A stretch of 63,939 nt of DNA, filler included, from Octopus bimaculoides (lineage: Eukaryota), in the NCBI RefSeq assembly GCF_001194135.2. It is 7 parts of 5 records of this genome, joined end to end, with 100 filler letters (N's around TTAATTAATTAA, not from the genome) between each part and the next. Parts side by side here need not be neighbours in the genome. Positions count along the whole stretch, not along the records: positions 23,985 to 47,626 come from NC_068987.1; 6 more parts are not named here. One strand, 5' to 3'. The notes under the pieces were generated by a model. It was given only the letters and a program-made list of their open reading frames with translations, made no database searches and was not told where the DNA came from. How positions within the stretch are numbered: the stretch's first letter is position 1; every line of letters starts with the position of its first letter. The translations under genes were made by a program, and so were the position numbers. Shown one piece after another: positions 24,433 through 36,843 of the stretch.

Positions 24433-25999
24433 GAAGAAATAAAATTCGTCAATAAGACATTTTAACAGAATATGATGGAAATGTAAAGTGATGAACTGAA
24501 AGCTATTAAGTTTTTAAAAAAAAAACGTTAGAGGATATAAAGTCAAAGGTAGCTTATAGAAAGAGGAGGGGTAAAGGAAAGAAAAAACCAAATAAATGAG
24601 AAGTATATAACGATATGTAAATTAACTAAAACCCTAAAGTCTTGGAAAAAGATATATCTAGTGAATGTGAAAAGTAAGAAGAAAATTAATGTTTAAATTA
24701 TATATAATGATAGATATCACTTATATGAACTAAAGGTGTGTTTCTGCCAATGTTTACTTTGGTATGCACGCTCTATAACCGTGTTTACAAGGGGATTTTT
24801 AGAAAAAAATAAAAAATAGGTCACAATTACAGAGAAGACAGAATTCCATGCCTTTCTCATAAGGGATTGAAATTGAGAAAATCAACCAATCTAAAATTGT
24901 TTATACCAAATTAATTTACTAAGCCCTGTACTGTTGCATTTATTCCTATCCCTAAATGTAGAGTAATGATCAGAAATTCTTTTAGATAACTGAGAAGAGG
25001 AACTGCCTATATAAAAAAAGACATCGGTACCTGAAGTAATTATACATTGGTATAAGGAATTTTTAATTTTAGAGTTACTTGACATAAACTTGATTCTGTT
25101 GTTATTGACTTCAGATACAATAACCTTGTTATTAATATTTCTAGTGGGGTGGATGGTATTAACTAAATTAATGTTACTATTAGTAAATGTATCCCTATTT
25201 AACAGGTGAAGAGATAATTTGTAAGAGACTTTTTTGTGTTGGAAAAACCAATCCTAACTGTGTGTGAGTTGATAATAGAGTAATACCTAGAATTCTTAGG
25301 AAAATTCCTAATAATAGCTTCCCGAAACTGCAAAGGAAGTTTAGATTTAATTTGCCTACCATAAGGAATAATTAATCAAATAGTTTTACAATTAGTTGCC
25401 TTATTTTTAGTGTAACTATCTTTGAAAGACATCGATTTACCTTTAGAATGAAAAAAGGGGTTTAAATAAGGGTTGTCTCCCTTTCTCTATTTGGTGTTGG
25501 CATATAAATTAAAATTGATATCATTTATATCTTTACAACTAGATTTCATGTTTCAATTAGTAAAGGTAGAATAAGATTGAATGGAATTAATGTAGGTAAT
25601 TTTCTCTGTAAGGCAGAGTTATAAAATTTGGCCTTATCATTGAAAATGTCAACATTAGCAGATAAATTAGACAATCTAAATGAAACATTCTTAACTAAGT
25701 TCCTAGTAATTGCCCTAGAATGATTACTGAATTGGCTTATATACTTAAGATTGGTTGAGGGTTTGTGGTATGGGAAGTACAAATTATTGTGTAAGTTAAG
25801 TGTAATATCTAAAAAGTTGGCCTTCGTTACATCATCATCAAAAACGATGCCTAAGCCCATTCTACAGAAAAAACTTCACTAAACTATTCTTAACTTTTTG
25901 GTTAGAAACATTTTGAAGATAAAGTAAACAATCATCATGATATAGACCTCCATTTATGTTTGGGAACTGTTCTGCCATTTCAAAAAGTATAGATATAGA

Positions 26000-26410
26000 T
26001 AGGCTTAAGAGTGGCTGTGTGATAAGTAGCTTGCTTACGAACCACATGGTTCCGGGTTCAGTCCCACTGCGTGACACCTTGGGCAAGTGTCTTCTACTAT
26101 AGCCTCGGGCCAACCAAAGCTTTGAGAGTGGATTTGGTAGACGGAAACTGAAAGAAGCCTGTCGTATATATGTATATATATATGTATGTGTGTGTGTATA
26201 TGTTTATGTGTTTGTTCCTCCCAACATCGCTTGACAACCGATGCTGGTGTGTTTACGTCCCCGTTACCTACCGGTTCGGCAAAAGAGACCGATAGAATAA
26301 GTATTAGGCTTACAAAGAATAAGTATTGGAGTCGATTTGCTCGACAAAGGGCAGTGCTCTAGCATGGCCACAGTCAAATGACTGAAACAAGTAAAAGAGA
26401 GTAAAAAGAG
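26000..26410 (+). mobile_element. SINE family A inserted into the Naiad RT coding region
   Basis: Near-consensus full copy; the RT reading frame resumes on either side. Confidence 0.9.
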
Positions 26411-26829
26411 ACTAAATCAGCTATTTGTGCCAAATCAGAACTTCCTATTGTAACATCAAAACCATCGGGTGTGTCTTTATGGACCCAGAACTTATTGTCA
26501 AACTTTATGATAGATTTTCTGGCGGCCAACACAACATGAATTTCTTTCCTGGTGAGACCAGCCTTGTTATGAGCAAGCCAAAGTGCTTTATTAAGTACTA
26601 TTGGGTTGATGGAGGAATAAAAACTAGAAATGTCAAACTGGATAAACTTAGTATTTCTCTCATTATTAATAGAACTAAACCAGTTGACTTGGAATGAATT
26701 GGATCATAAACTAAGTTTTAATTTTTTAATTAATGTAGGAACATATTTATCTAGAATATTTTTACTTGATGTCAGATCTAGAAGGGCAGATAAGTCTTAA
26801 GGATGGGTTATTAAAAAAATTTTGTTTCT

Positions 26830-27330
26830 GATCTTTCATTTCTTCACTCTAAAAGTATATCGATGTCTTTCAAAGATAGTTAAACTAAAAATAAGGCAAC
26901 TAATAGTAAAACTATTTGGTTGATTACTCCTTATGGGAGGTAAATTAAATCTAATCTTCCTTTGCAGTTTTGGGAAGCTGTTATTAAGAATTTTCCAAAG
27001 AATTCTAGGTATTAGTTTATTATCAACTCACACACAGGATTGGTTTTTCCAACACAAAAAATCTCCTCACATAATATTAGCCTGTTAAATAGGGATACAT
27101 TTACTAATACTAACATTAATTTAGTTAATACCATCCATCCCCTAAAAATATTAATAAGGTTATTGTATCTGAAGTCAATTACAACAGAATCAAGTTTATG
27201 TCAAGTAACTCTAAAATTAAAAATTCTATATACCAATGTATAATTACTTCAGGTACCTTTGGAATAATACCAGAGATATCTTCAAAACATGTGTCAGAAG
27301 TAAAAGAATTCGAATAACATCTGTGTCTAA
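26830..27330 (+). mobile_element. Inverted partial copy of the Naiad 3' part (pseudo-LTR-like)
   Basis: 26830-27257 is a diverged reverse complement of ~25020-25460; 27258-27330 matches 24300-24390. Confidence 0.85.
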
Positions 27331-27354
27331 CTCCATTTATATATATATATGCAA

Positions 27355-27600
27355 TGTTAAATCTCTGAACGAGGTATAAACAGTAACTGCACGACAACGT
27401 GAAGTATATTTGCCACTTAAATGTGGCTAGACCCTAAGGGTGAATGCTGCTGTTGCTTTTAGCCCCAGGAGAACATCTCCTCCAGCTGGCTATTGACATA
27501 CTTTCTGTGCCCTGTCGGTATTTGCAACGGGAAGTCATCCTTCCCATCGTCAATCTGATGTGATACGCATGGACTTGTCAGCGTACGAAACTACTGAAAG
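27355..27600 (+). repeat. Interspersed repeat (unclassified)
   Basis: AATCTCTGAACGAGGT...GACCCTAAGGGTG...TTTAGCCCCAGGA recurs at 51541-51656. Confidence 0.7.
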
Positions 27601-27609
27601 CAAATACAA

Positions 27610-29370
27610 AAAAAAATTCTTCTATCACTCTATCTGCCGAGGCATTATCTTCATTTGAATCACTCAAGAAGGAAATAGCTTCTGTTCCTTTGCTTGCACA
27701 TCTGGTTCCTGATGCTCGCCTCTCTTTAACAGTTGATGCATTGGATTCTGCGGTTGGTGCTGTTTAGCAACATACCATCGACAATCAAACTTGGCCTTTG
27801 GCATTTTTTCTCGTAAATAAAGCCAGCCGAATGACATTACAGTATATTTGCTCGTGAAATCATAGCGATCTACCTGTCAATTCGTCATTTTCAACATCAA
27901 CTCAAGGGCCAGGATTTTGTGATTTATACTGATCACAAGCCTCTTACATTTGCTGTCATCTAAATCAGACAAACACTCACCTTGTGCATTTTGTCACCTG
28001 GACTACATTTTCCAGTTCACAAGTGACATTTGGCATATACCTGGAACAGAGAACGTGCCTGCTGACGCACTCTCTCACCTCCCTGTGTGTTCTCTTTCAT
28101 CTCCTGCTGCAATCGATTTAACTGCCATTGCGCAGGATCAGCCAGCTCTGGACATGTTGGATCAAACTTCCACCAAGCTTTCCTGTTGCAATCCTTTGTG
28201 ACACAGCTACTAGTTCTCCCAGACTGTTTGTACCTGCGAACCACCAGCATTCGGTTTTTGATGCCTTGCATTCACTGTCACATCCTGGCATCGCTGCCTC
28301 AGTGAAGCTTATTATGGCTCGGTTTTTCTGGCCTAATATGCACCGTATGATCACTGCTTGGGCATGCTCTTGTGTGAAATGCCAGTATTCTAAAGTCCAC
28401 AGGCACATTTGCACTCCTTTTGGACAGTTATCTCTACTGGAGACTCGTTTTTGCCATGTCCACATTGATCTGGTTGGACCATGGCCTGTCAGTCATGGTT
28501 TCTCTTACATATTGACATGCATCAATTGTTTCTCTTGTTGGCCTGAAGCCATTCCAATAGTGGACATTTCCACTGAGTCAGCTGCTCGAGCATTCGTTTC
28601 TAAATGGCTTGCTTGTTTTGATGTCCCAGCTAAAATAACCACCGATTGTGGACGCCAGTTCGAAGCTTCCTTATTTCGTGAATTATCATGAATCCTAGGC
28701 ATTCATCACATTCGTATGACCAGCTACTATGCAGCTTCCAACAAGATGGTCAAACATTTTCACAGGCAACTGAAGGCCGCTCTATGCGCCACTCCTAATC
28801 CACAGTCTTGGACAGAATTCCTGCCTATCGTTCTTGGTTGTCGCACTGCAGTTAAAACAGACTTAGGTTTCTCCTCTGCTGAACTCCTTTACGGTACCAC
28901 CCTGGCACTCCCTGGTACAATGTTGGTGCTAGACAATTCATCGCATCCTGATCCAACATTGTATGTCACCAGATTTCGCTCGTATTTCTCAAGTCTTCCA
29001 CAGATACAGCCACGTGACCAGTCTATTCCCTTTCACGTTCCATTGACAAATGGACTCATGTTTTGTTCGGGATGCTTCTGTCAGAGGACCTCTTGTTTTT
29101 CCTTATAAAGGACCGTTTCATATGCTATCATGCACACCCAAAACTTTAGTCTCGACATTAATAGTTGGACAGAGACCGTGTCAGTCAACAAACTTAAAAG
29201 GGTACATTTTGAGGTGTCCATACTCTTCGATGACACCCAAGCCATGCCCACTTTTGATCCTTTACAACTACCTACACATCCACCTTTGATCATACCATCA
29301 CCTACTCCTTCGTCGCTACAACCTAACACGAACAAACCCTATGTCACCAGGACAGGCCGCACTGTGCATT
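27610..29370 (+). mobile_element. Ty3/Gypsy LTR-retrotransposon pol remnant (RNase H and integrase)
   Basis: LTVDALDSAVGAV, YTDHKPL, HIPGTENVPADALS, HSLSHPG, HIDLVGP, ITTDCGRQFEASLF; many stops; no LTRs recognised. Confidence 0.9.
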
Positions 29371-29589
29371 GACCCTGAAAACTCACCAGAAGTACTTACA
29401 TTTTTTTTTTCTTCTTGTGACAGACAATTGTTTTCTCATGTGAACAATTCCAATGCCTTGCCATTGAACTTTGTAAAAAAATATTTGCTGACTTTTATAC
29501 TGACAAAATGTGTTTGTTGTTGATTATAGTAAGATAAAATCATGACAATAACAATACATCCCATAGTTGTAAAATAAGGCATTTTGAAA

Positions 29590-29772
29590 CTACATACACG
29601 TCAACAACAAAATGCTAGCTGCGAACTCGTAGCTCATTAGGGCTTTTAAATACTGGTGCGCATTATGTGTGGATAAAACACCAATGTGGGCAAACGAATA
29701 AATATATGTGAATAGTATTTCTTCCTTCTTGGTGTTGATTCTTCGATGTTTACTGGTTACTCTGACGTGAGT
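29590..29772 (+). promoter_or_regulatory. CpG-richer unique segment ending in a strong splice donor (possible non-coding first exon)
   Basis: CTGAC|GTGAGT at 29767; more CpG than the flanking DNA by eye. Not proven. Confidence 0.25.
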
Positions 29773-30930
29773 AAAAATAAAATAGAACAGAGTAGTGACA
29801 TTTAGTAGAGATGACCCAGAAGTTCTTCCTCTTCGATTACTATCCCAAACAGCAGTAGCTATCTTCAACTGAAATGTCGTTGATTAGTTGAAATTTTAAC
29901 ACGAAATAACTTCTAAAATATCAAATTTTGCCAAAAATGTTCAAAGTAAACCGTATTCTGCATCAGACATTCCACCAGTATACGAAGTTTCAAACTGTTT
30001 TAGTTAAAAAAAAATTAACTAAAAAGTCTGTGAGCCAAACTGAACAGATCCCCCAGCTTATCGGTTTTCAATCAAACCGTCCAACCCATGCCAACAGGAG
30101 AAAAGCGACAATAGTTTCCGTTTACTTCAACACGGAACAGGAGCAGTAGGAACAAGAACTTCACTACTTCCTAGCTATTTATTATAAACTTTGCAGGCTT
30201 TTGAAATCTAATTTCAACTAGTATTTCTGAAATATCATTATAGATATTGATTTACAACATGATCACGTTGTGGAATTCTTTATAATTTCATTATAGGTAA
30301 AGAAAATGAAGCCTTGTAAAAATAAGTCCTGTTGAAGCTAATAATGAATTAAACTTCAGGTCTGGCTCCTTGAGGACATTGTTCCATATTTACATAGTCA
30401 TGTAAATATCATAAGTTTCTATATTTTAAGTATAGACTTTATCTTCACTTGCATTAAATTGTTTAGCACAAAAGAAAATTGATGAAAGAAAAAAATAATT
30501 TACGAAAATCTGGCTAGATTAGCTGTGGCTGTATCAGATGTAGTCTTAGAGAACGTTTCACACACGTGTCTGCAGCCGTTGCCAGTCAAAATGTCAGATG
30601 GATTGATATGATAGAACTATTATAACCAACTTTACAATATGTGGTTTTGTGCCATTACTAGAAAGTAACATTATAGTGCACGTTTAGAGGGGGGAAAAAC
30701 AACAAACAAACCTCAAGAAACAGTAAGTCGATCTGTTATGTTATTGTTGAAGATAATATTTTAGAATTTCCACAGGTAGCATCAGTATTTTGCTATCAGC
30801 CACAACTTCATTTCAAAGTTTTGTAGACTAAGGATCACTAGTCTCTGTGTCATTCGTATAGAAGCAAATCAAAGGCATTCTGACTCTTTTTCTCTTTAAA
30901 ATTCTTGCCTGTATATATTGTTGTCTCCTT

Positions 30931-31788
30931 TTTCCGGTGAAAGTGTTTTGGAATGGGGGTGGGGGACAATTTTCGTAAATTCCAACGGAGTCCACTTAAA
31001 TTCTTCTTAACTTCCAGGAAAATTAATATTTTTTCGTGAAATTTTCTACAAATATGCCTTGATGTATGTACATTTCGAGCATGTAGGAATTTTGAAGGAA
31101 ACAACTGCAGGTTATTTTTGAGAAGCGTTCCCCACTCTGTGGTGTTTCGGAGCAAGTCGTCCATATTTGTTTCATTTTTCTCTATTATGTGCGTATGTGC
31201 ATCCGTAGATTTCTAGACAGTGAAGAGAAGCCGTTATAAGAAAACTTTCGTTAAAAATAACATGCTCGNNNNNNNNNNNNNNNNNNNNNNNNNNNNNNNN
31301 NNNNNNNNNNNNNNNNNNNNNNNNNNNNNNNNNNNNNNNNNNNNNNNNNNNNNNNNNNNNNNNNNNNNNNNNNNNNNNNNNNNNNNNNNNNNNNNNNNNN
31401 NNNNNNNNNNNNNNNNNNNNNNNNNNNNNNNNNNNNNNNNNNNNNNNNNNNNNNNNNNNNNNNNNNNNNNNNNNNNNNNNNNNNNNNNNNNNNNNNNNNN
31501 NNNNNNNNNNNNNNNNNNNNNNNNNNNNNNNNNNNNNNNNNNNNNNNNNNNNNNNNNNNNNNNNNNNNNNNNNNNNNNNNNNNNNNNNNNNNNNNNNNNN
31601 NNNNNNNNNNNNNNNNNNNNNNNNNNNNNNNNNNNNNNNNNNNAATGTACATACATCAAGGTATATTTGTAGAAAATTTCACGAAAAGATATTAATTTTC
31701 CTGGAAGTTAAGAAGAATTTAAGTGAACTCTGTTGGAATTTCCGAAAATTGTCCCCCACCACCATTCCAAAACACTTTCACCGGAAAA
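30931..31788. mobile_element. Foldback element / long inverted repeat around a gap
   Basis: 30931-31076 is a diverged reverse complement of 31644-31788. Confidence 0.7.
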
Positions 31789-32329
31789 TTTTTGTATATT
31801 CGGATTCTACATAGCAAATACTATATGCATAGAAAATTTCATTTTTCTGAAAGTTATGACCTACCAAAATCTGGGGGGTAAAACCCTGTAGTTATGCCGA
31901 TTTTTTTTTAATGAAAAAAAAAAAAATAATAATAATAATTTTGATATATTCTGGTTCGTTTTTAGAATTAGTAAGTGGATTAGTTTCCATCTGTCTCTTT
32001 CTCTGTATATTCAGTCGTTAATTCTGTGTTACATTAAGCTAGTAAGCAAGTATTTTTCCCCAAAAGCACGTGAAAATACGAAGGGAATAATTTAGTGTTG
32101 ACATCATGTGTCTCGAACTCATAGTTTTTACGTGTTCACTTTATATGTTAGAAATAACAGCTAAAAACCTCTCGAATGATTTACTACTACATTTTTTTTT
32201 TATGGAAGAACATTACAGTAATGGTAATCCGAGATATATTTCACTAGATGGACTGGTTACGCCTGGAATATCTTTGACCACAGGTATTCAGCCCGAAGTG
32301 ACAAACAGCTAAACAAGAAATATCTCTGC

Positions 32330-32650
32330 AAGTTACAGGAAATGGCAACCAGATCGCCGACAAAGCACTCCCGGCATTCACTCATTTTCAGTCTGAGAGT
32401 TTATCACAGAAATGCCAATTATCTTCGTCACTTCAATGGGCACGTGTTGTTTTGTTAACTGTAAACACTCCTGTGTACGTGTTCTTTCTGTTTGATGTGT
32501 CGAAGTGGAAGAGGAAACTAATGGGTGTACGTGTGTGCGCACGCAAATGTGTTTTAATGTACTTACCGGCAGAGATACCCGGTGTTGTTCGGGATTAATA
32601 CGGCATAGTTTCTATATATTACGTTCATGTTGAAACAGGTGATACAGGAA
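32330..32650. promoter_or_regulatory. CpG-richer promoter-like segment with a minus-strand donor
   Basis: Many CpGs; CCG|GTAAGT on the minus strand at 32566. Inference only. Confidence 0.25.
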
Positions 32651-32689
32651 AGGGCAGCATTGATGACAAAACATTTATAGAGTAAATGT

Positions 32690-32850
32690 TAAAACGGCAT
32701 TCTTTCGATATGGATATTAAAATATTGAAAGAATGCCGTTAAGGTATTTGGACAGAATTATCATTTTGGGGTGGTAAAGAATACGCACACAACCCGTTTA
32801 CGGCGTAACCCTAACCACTGGGTGTGTGCATTCTTTACCTTCGCCACCAT
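32690..32850. repeat. Double-hairpin MITE-like repeat (second copy at ~34250-34370)
   Basis: AACGGCATTCTTTCGATA/TATTGAAAGAATGCCGTT and GGTAAAGAATACGCACAC/GTGTGTGCATTCTTTACC inverted pairs. Confidence 0.6.
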
Positions 32851-32918
32851 TTTTATGAGAATGGGATGGATCATATCTGAAAGCAGCTGTAGATGTTGTG
32901 AAGAACGAATTCGTACTT

Positions 32919-35420
32919 GGTCTGTTTTGGAGAGCTAGGCGCTTTTTCGTTCAAGCATGAGAGCTTAAATATGATTTACTTTCGTTTTTACTTTAAATAT
33001 GGTTTAGTTTCGTTTCTTAAAAAAATTATAAATTTTATTTGATTATATTTAGTATTAATAGTGACAGCTAAAATATATTAAATAAGATAAAAAATGAAAA
33101 TTTAAGCGTTTTAGACAAAATATATTTCATAAGAAATGAAAATTAAAACAAAAATACTAACTCTTTAACTCTCTCTAGCAACTCTTTTACTTGTTTCAGT
33201 CATTTGACTGCGGCCATGCTGGAGCACCACCTTTAGTCGAGAAAATTGACCCCAGGACTTATTCTTTGTAAGCCTAGTACTTATTCTATTGGTCTTTTTT
33301 TGCCGAGCCGCTAAGTTACTGGGACGTAAACACACCAGCATCGGTTGTCAAGCGATGGTGGGGGGACAAACACAGACACACATACATATATATATATATA
33401 CATATATACGACGGGCTTCTTTCAGTTTCCGTCTACCAAATCCACTCACAAGGCTTTGGTCGGCCCGAGGCTATAATAGAAGACACTTGCCCAAGGTGCC
33501 ACGCAGTGGGACTGAAGCCGGAACCATGTGGTTGGTAAGCAAGCTACTTACCACACAGCCACTCCTGCGCCTACTAGCAAAATATTTTATTTTAAAAAAA
33601 TTATAGATTATAAACATCTCTCATACCAATCAAAAATATAGATTATAAACATCTCTCACATCAATCAAAAGATTCTGGAATGGATCATCATTAAATTGAT
33701 ATCGCCACATGAATTCAACTAAGTAACTATTAAGACATGTTCTTGCTGTTCCAATTTCTCTTTTATTCCATCTTTTGGCACTGTTCCACATTACCTCTAC
33801 ATGATTGCTTGAAGCATGTGAAATAGGATTGATGAAATTAACTGAGTGATTGACAGTGAGGTGATTATAACCAAGGTTTGCAATGGTGTTATAAATCGGA
33901 TATTATTGTTGTTCCAGGGCATATATATTGTTGAATTATTGGTAACAACATTTCAGCTGATCTGTCTGGAACTGCAGTCAAAAAGCACCTTCTTCCTTGC
34001 CCTAATTCAGTACCACCGACTACCCATTGTGTTTGCACTTGGTGACTAACATTAAACTCTTGTCAGACAAAAGCTGATTCATCCATTTCCACATATGTAG
34101 TGGAAAGGTGTATCAGAAGATGCTGAGGTAACAGATGTGAGAGGCATGTGGATGCCTTCAAAGTAAACAATGGAATAACATCGGTTTGTAGTTTAAATAA
34201 TTTATTTAAATGACACTTGCTTTCGTTTCTAAATGGATTGCTCGCTTTGGATTACCATTATTAAAATATCGAAAGAATGCTGTTAAGGCATTTGGACAGA
34301 ATTATCATTTTGGCAGAGGTAAAGAATACACACGCTTGTGCTATAAACAAATTTTCACCACATCAATTCGTTGCCAACTGCTTTTAGCTGGCAAAGAAAT
34401 CAACAGGATGCATCTGTGAATATGATAGTGTAGAACTGAATATGTTTTGTGTCTGTGTGTGCGTTGGTCATTCAACCGGACATATTTGTGTTTGTGTGTG
34501 TGTCGGTCATTCACACCGGTCGTTCATGCTGAATATCTGAGAAAATATTGGCTTGCTATCTCATGCGTGTCTCTCTCCGTCCCTGACTTGACTGTCCATC
34601 CCGTTACGGATTACTGTATTTATAACAAGTCGTGACAGCTAGAAGGACAGATATACCACAGGAGAAATTGTGTCTAAATAGGTCAACTCCTGTCCTTTTC
34701 AACTTCACCCGACATGGTTGAGGTCAAAGGGAAATGATCCATCATTTTTTTGACAGGACATAGAAATTTCTTTTGCGCCTGTTTGGTCAGTGGTGGATCA
34801 GACTGAGAATCCTTAGATTTGGTTTTGAATCTAAGCTCGGAGAAAGGAAGTGTTAGTTTTTACACATACATTCTTTCTCCACCGAATTTAAGAGGATTTT
34901 TCATGAAATATTTGGCAATAATTTTTTCCAATTCATAACAGCCTCCAAGGCTAAAACCCAATTTAAGAATTAAAAATTTTATACTATTCACTTCATATGA
35001 CCACAAATACATTAACGAAACAATTATCCTTAATGACAGTTTCCCTTCAAAGACAGTGCCAGATCTAATTGGTAATCTTTTCCTGTACAGTCTTCTACAT
35101 TGCCAAATATTACCATCACTAATTTTTTTTTATCTTTCACCAAATACATTTCTAAGCCATATGAAGGGCAAATATGTTCCTTATGCAAGAGCCCATGTTG
35201 TCTGCACCAATCAATTACTTTTACATTATCCATTAAATTAATAATCAAGTCCGAATAATTTATGTTACTCACTGATGGAAAATTCATATTGAAATTGTAA
35301 ATGTTAACACTAAATATGAACAAAATAAAACTAAATCTTATTTAAGCTAAAAACGAAACTAAATCATATTTAAGCTGTCACGCTTAAATGAAAAAGCGCT
35401 GAGAGCTATTCTATTGGACC
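32919..35420 (-). mobile_element. Merlin (ISXO2/IS1016-like) DNA transposon 1, decayed
   Basis: GGTC...GACC termini with ~90-bp IRs (32933-33016 / 35320-35407). N-terminus VIDWCRQHGLL..ICP..DGNIWQC at 35300-35030. DDE region VEMDESAFV...AVPDRSAEMLLPII...PGTTIISD...HLTVNHSVNF...HVEVMW...YLVEFMWR at 34105-33630. Confidence 0.85.
33170..33572 (-). mobile_element. SINE family A inside Merlin 1
   Basis: Near-consensus full-length reverse copy. Confidence 0.9.
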
Positions 35421-36494
35421 TCTGTGTAATCTGACATGCTAAACATTGTTTTAATGATTCAGCATTAAGTGCTGCAGCATGCCTTTGCTGATCTTGGGAA
35501 AATCTCATCACCCTTCTGTCTTGGGACTCCATCAGATGTGCTGCAGCATGCTTTTGCTGATGTTGAGAAAGTCTCCTCCCTTCTCTCTTGAGACTGTATT
35601 TGACGTCCTTTATCTCTTAAGACTCTTGCCTTTGTTTTTATGCACTCCTCCTTGTTTTATAGGTGTTTCTGGAGAGATTACATTTTGCCTTTGGTGGCAT
35701 ATTTTTTTTCAATATTTTAAACAAAAACATATGTACATAGAAAAGATATACATTAATCTCTATTTTTGTAAGTAGTTGTATGTATGTAGTGTCTATATTT
35801 TTGTATGCAGTGTAACGTAACCAAATATAAGCAAATTGTAAATACCTTGCAACTACTGCGATGATTACGAACTATTAATGGAATGGCAGATGTGTATTTT
35901 TATATAACTTGGGCCTTCCACGTAATTGTTTTTTGTTAAGAGTTTGTGTAGAAGTATGTGTGTGCTTAATAACATAGGTAACGGGCACGCAAACACACAC
36001 ACACCCACAGACACATACAGACATATATTCACGCATGTCAGTCACGTGTAGATGTGTGTGTGTGTTTAATAATGTACTTAGCACGGAAACACACACGCAC
36101 ACACAGACATACAAACTCATGCACCCACACACATACACTCAGATACATACACACTCATGTGACATTGTCGTCATCATTTCAAATATCCTTTATTATCTCG
36201 CACATATCGAATGCGCAGACACACACAAAAGTCAAAGAATAAAAGTGAAGCAATATTACAGAATGGTTTTCAGTAGAGGGAGAAATGTAAATAAAAATTT
36301 AAATAGACGACGTGCAGAAATTTTTAAAATAAGTAAAATAATGTTGTAGGGAGAATGGACAAATAACATGAAGACAAATTGAAATACACTGAAGGCAATT
36401 TTCAGAGAGAGAGAGTGAGTGAGTGAAAGAAACCGATATCTGTACATGTGAATGTGAGAAAAAGAAAAAGTGATAAATAGAAAGAGAGGATTGC

Positions 36495-36590
36495 TTGAAA
36501 ACTGCAGAAGTCAAAGGGAGAAAATCAATTGAAAACTGCAGAAGTCAAAGGGAGAAAATCAATTGAAAACTGCAGAATTTTGGAGAAAAT
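36495..36590. repeat. 34-bp tandem repeat (two full copies plus a partial third)
   Basis: TTGAAAACTGCAGAAGTCAAAGGGAGAAAATCAA repeated. Confidence 0.85.
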
Positions 36591-36629
36591 CTCACGTGAA
36601 CAACTTTTTTTCACGGTTGGCTTGTCGCA

Positions 36630-36840
36630 TTAAGCTGGAGCTTTGGGCAAAATGTTATAGTGCATGACCATCCATAGCACATAAGCAATGTGTGTATAAA
36701 ATTTGGGGAAAATCGGTTGAAAACTGTAGAAATGCATACATATTATACGTACAGATACACACAAACACATACACCCAGACATCCTTTGTTTTATATATAT
36801 AGGTGTGTGTGGAATGTAGATATACCAAAAACAATGCCAA
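36630..36840 (+). repeat. Probable non-autonomous Helitron/DINE-like end
   Basis: AAATTTGGGGAAAATCGGTTGAA followed by a microsatellite; similar layout at 63080-63170. Confidence 0.35.
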
Positions 36841-36843
36841 AAA

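Larger units (their letters stand above)
24300..26830 (-). mobile_element. Penelope-like element, Naiad type (RT, GIY-YIG, 3' region), interrupted by a SINE
   Basis: KFIQFDISSFYSSI...FDVTIGSSDLAQIADLV | GGLYHDDCL...ANFLDITLNL...SLYQCIITSGTDVFFYIGSSSSQLSKRISDHYSTF...FCLLC. Confidence 0.9.

Noticed and set aside
32508-32524. GAAGAGGAAACTA match between the putative promoter and the ZNF start context (42884)
   Set aside because: A 13-mer purine-rich match is expected by chance in 64 kb; a similar string occurs near 9742.
36495-36590. 34-bp repeats as a CRISPR array
   Set aside because: Units are directly adjacent with no spacers; eukaryotic context; no cas genes.
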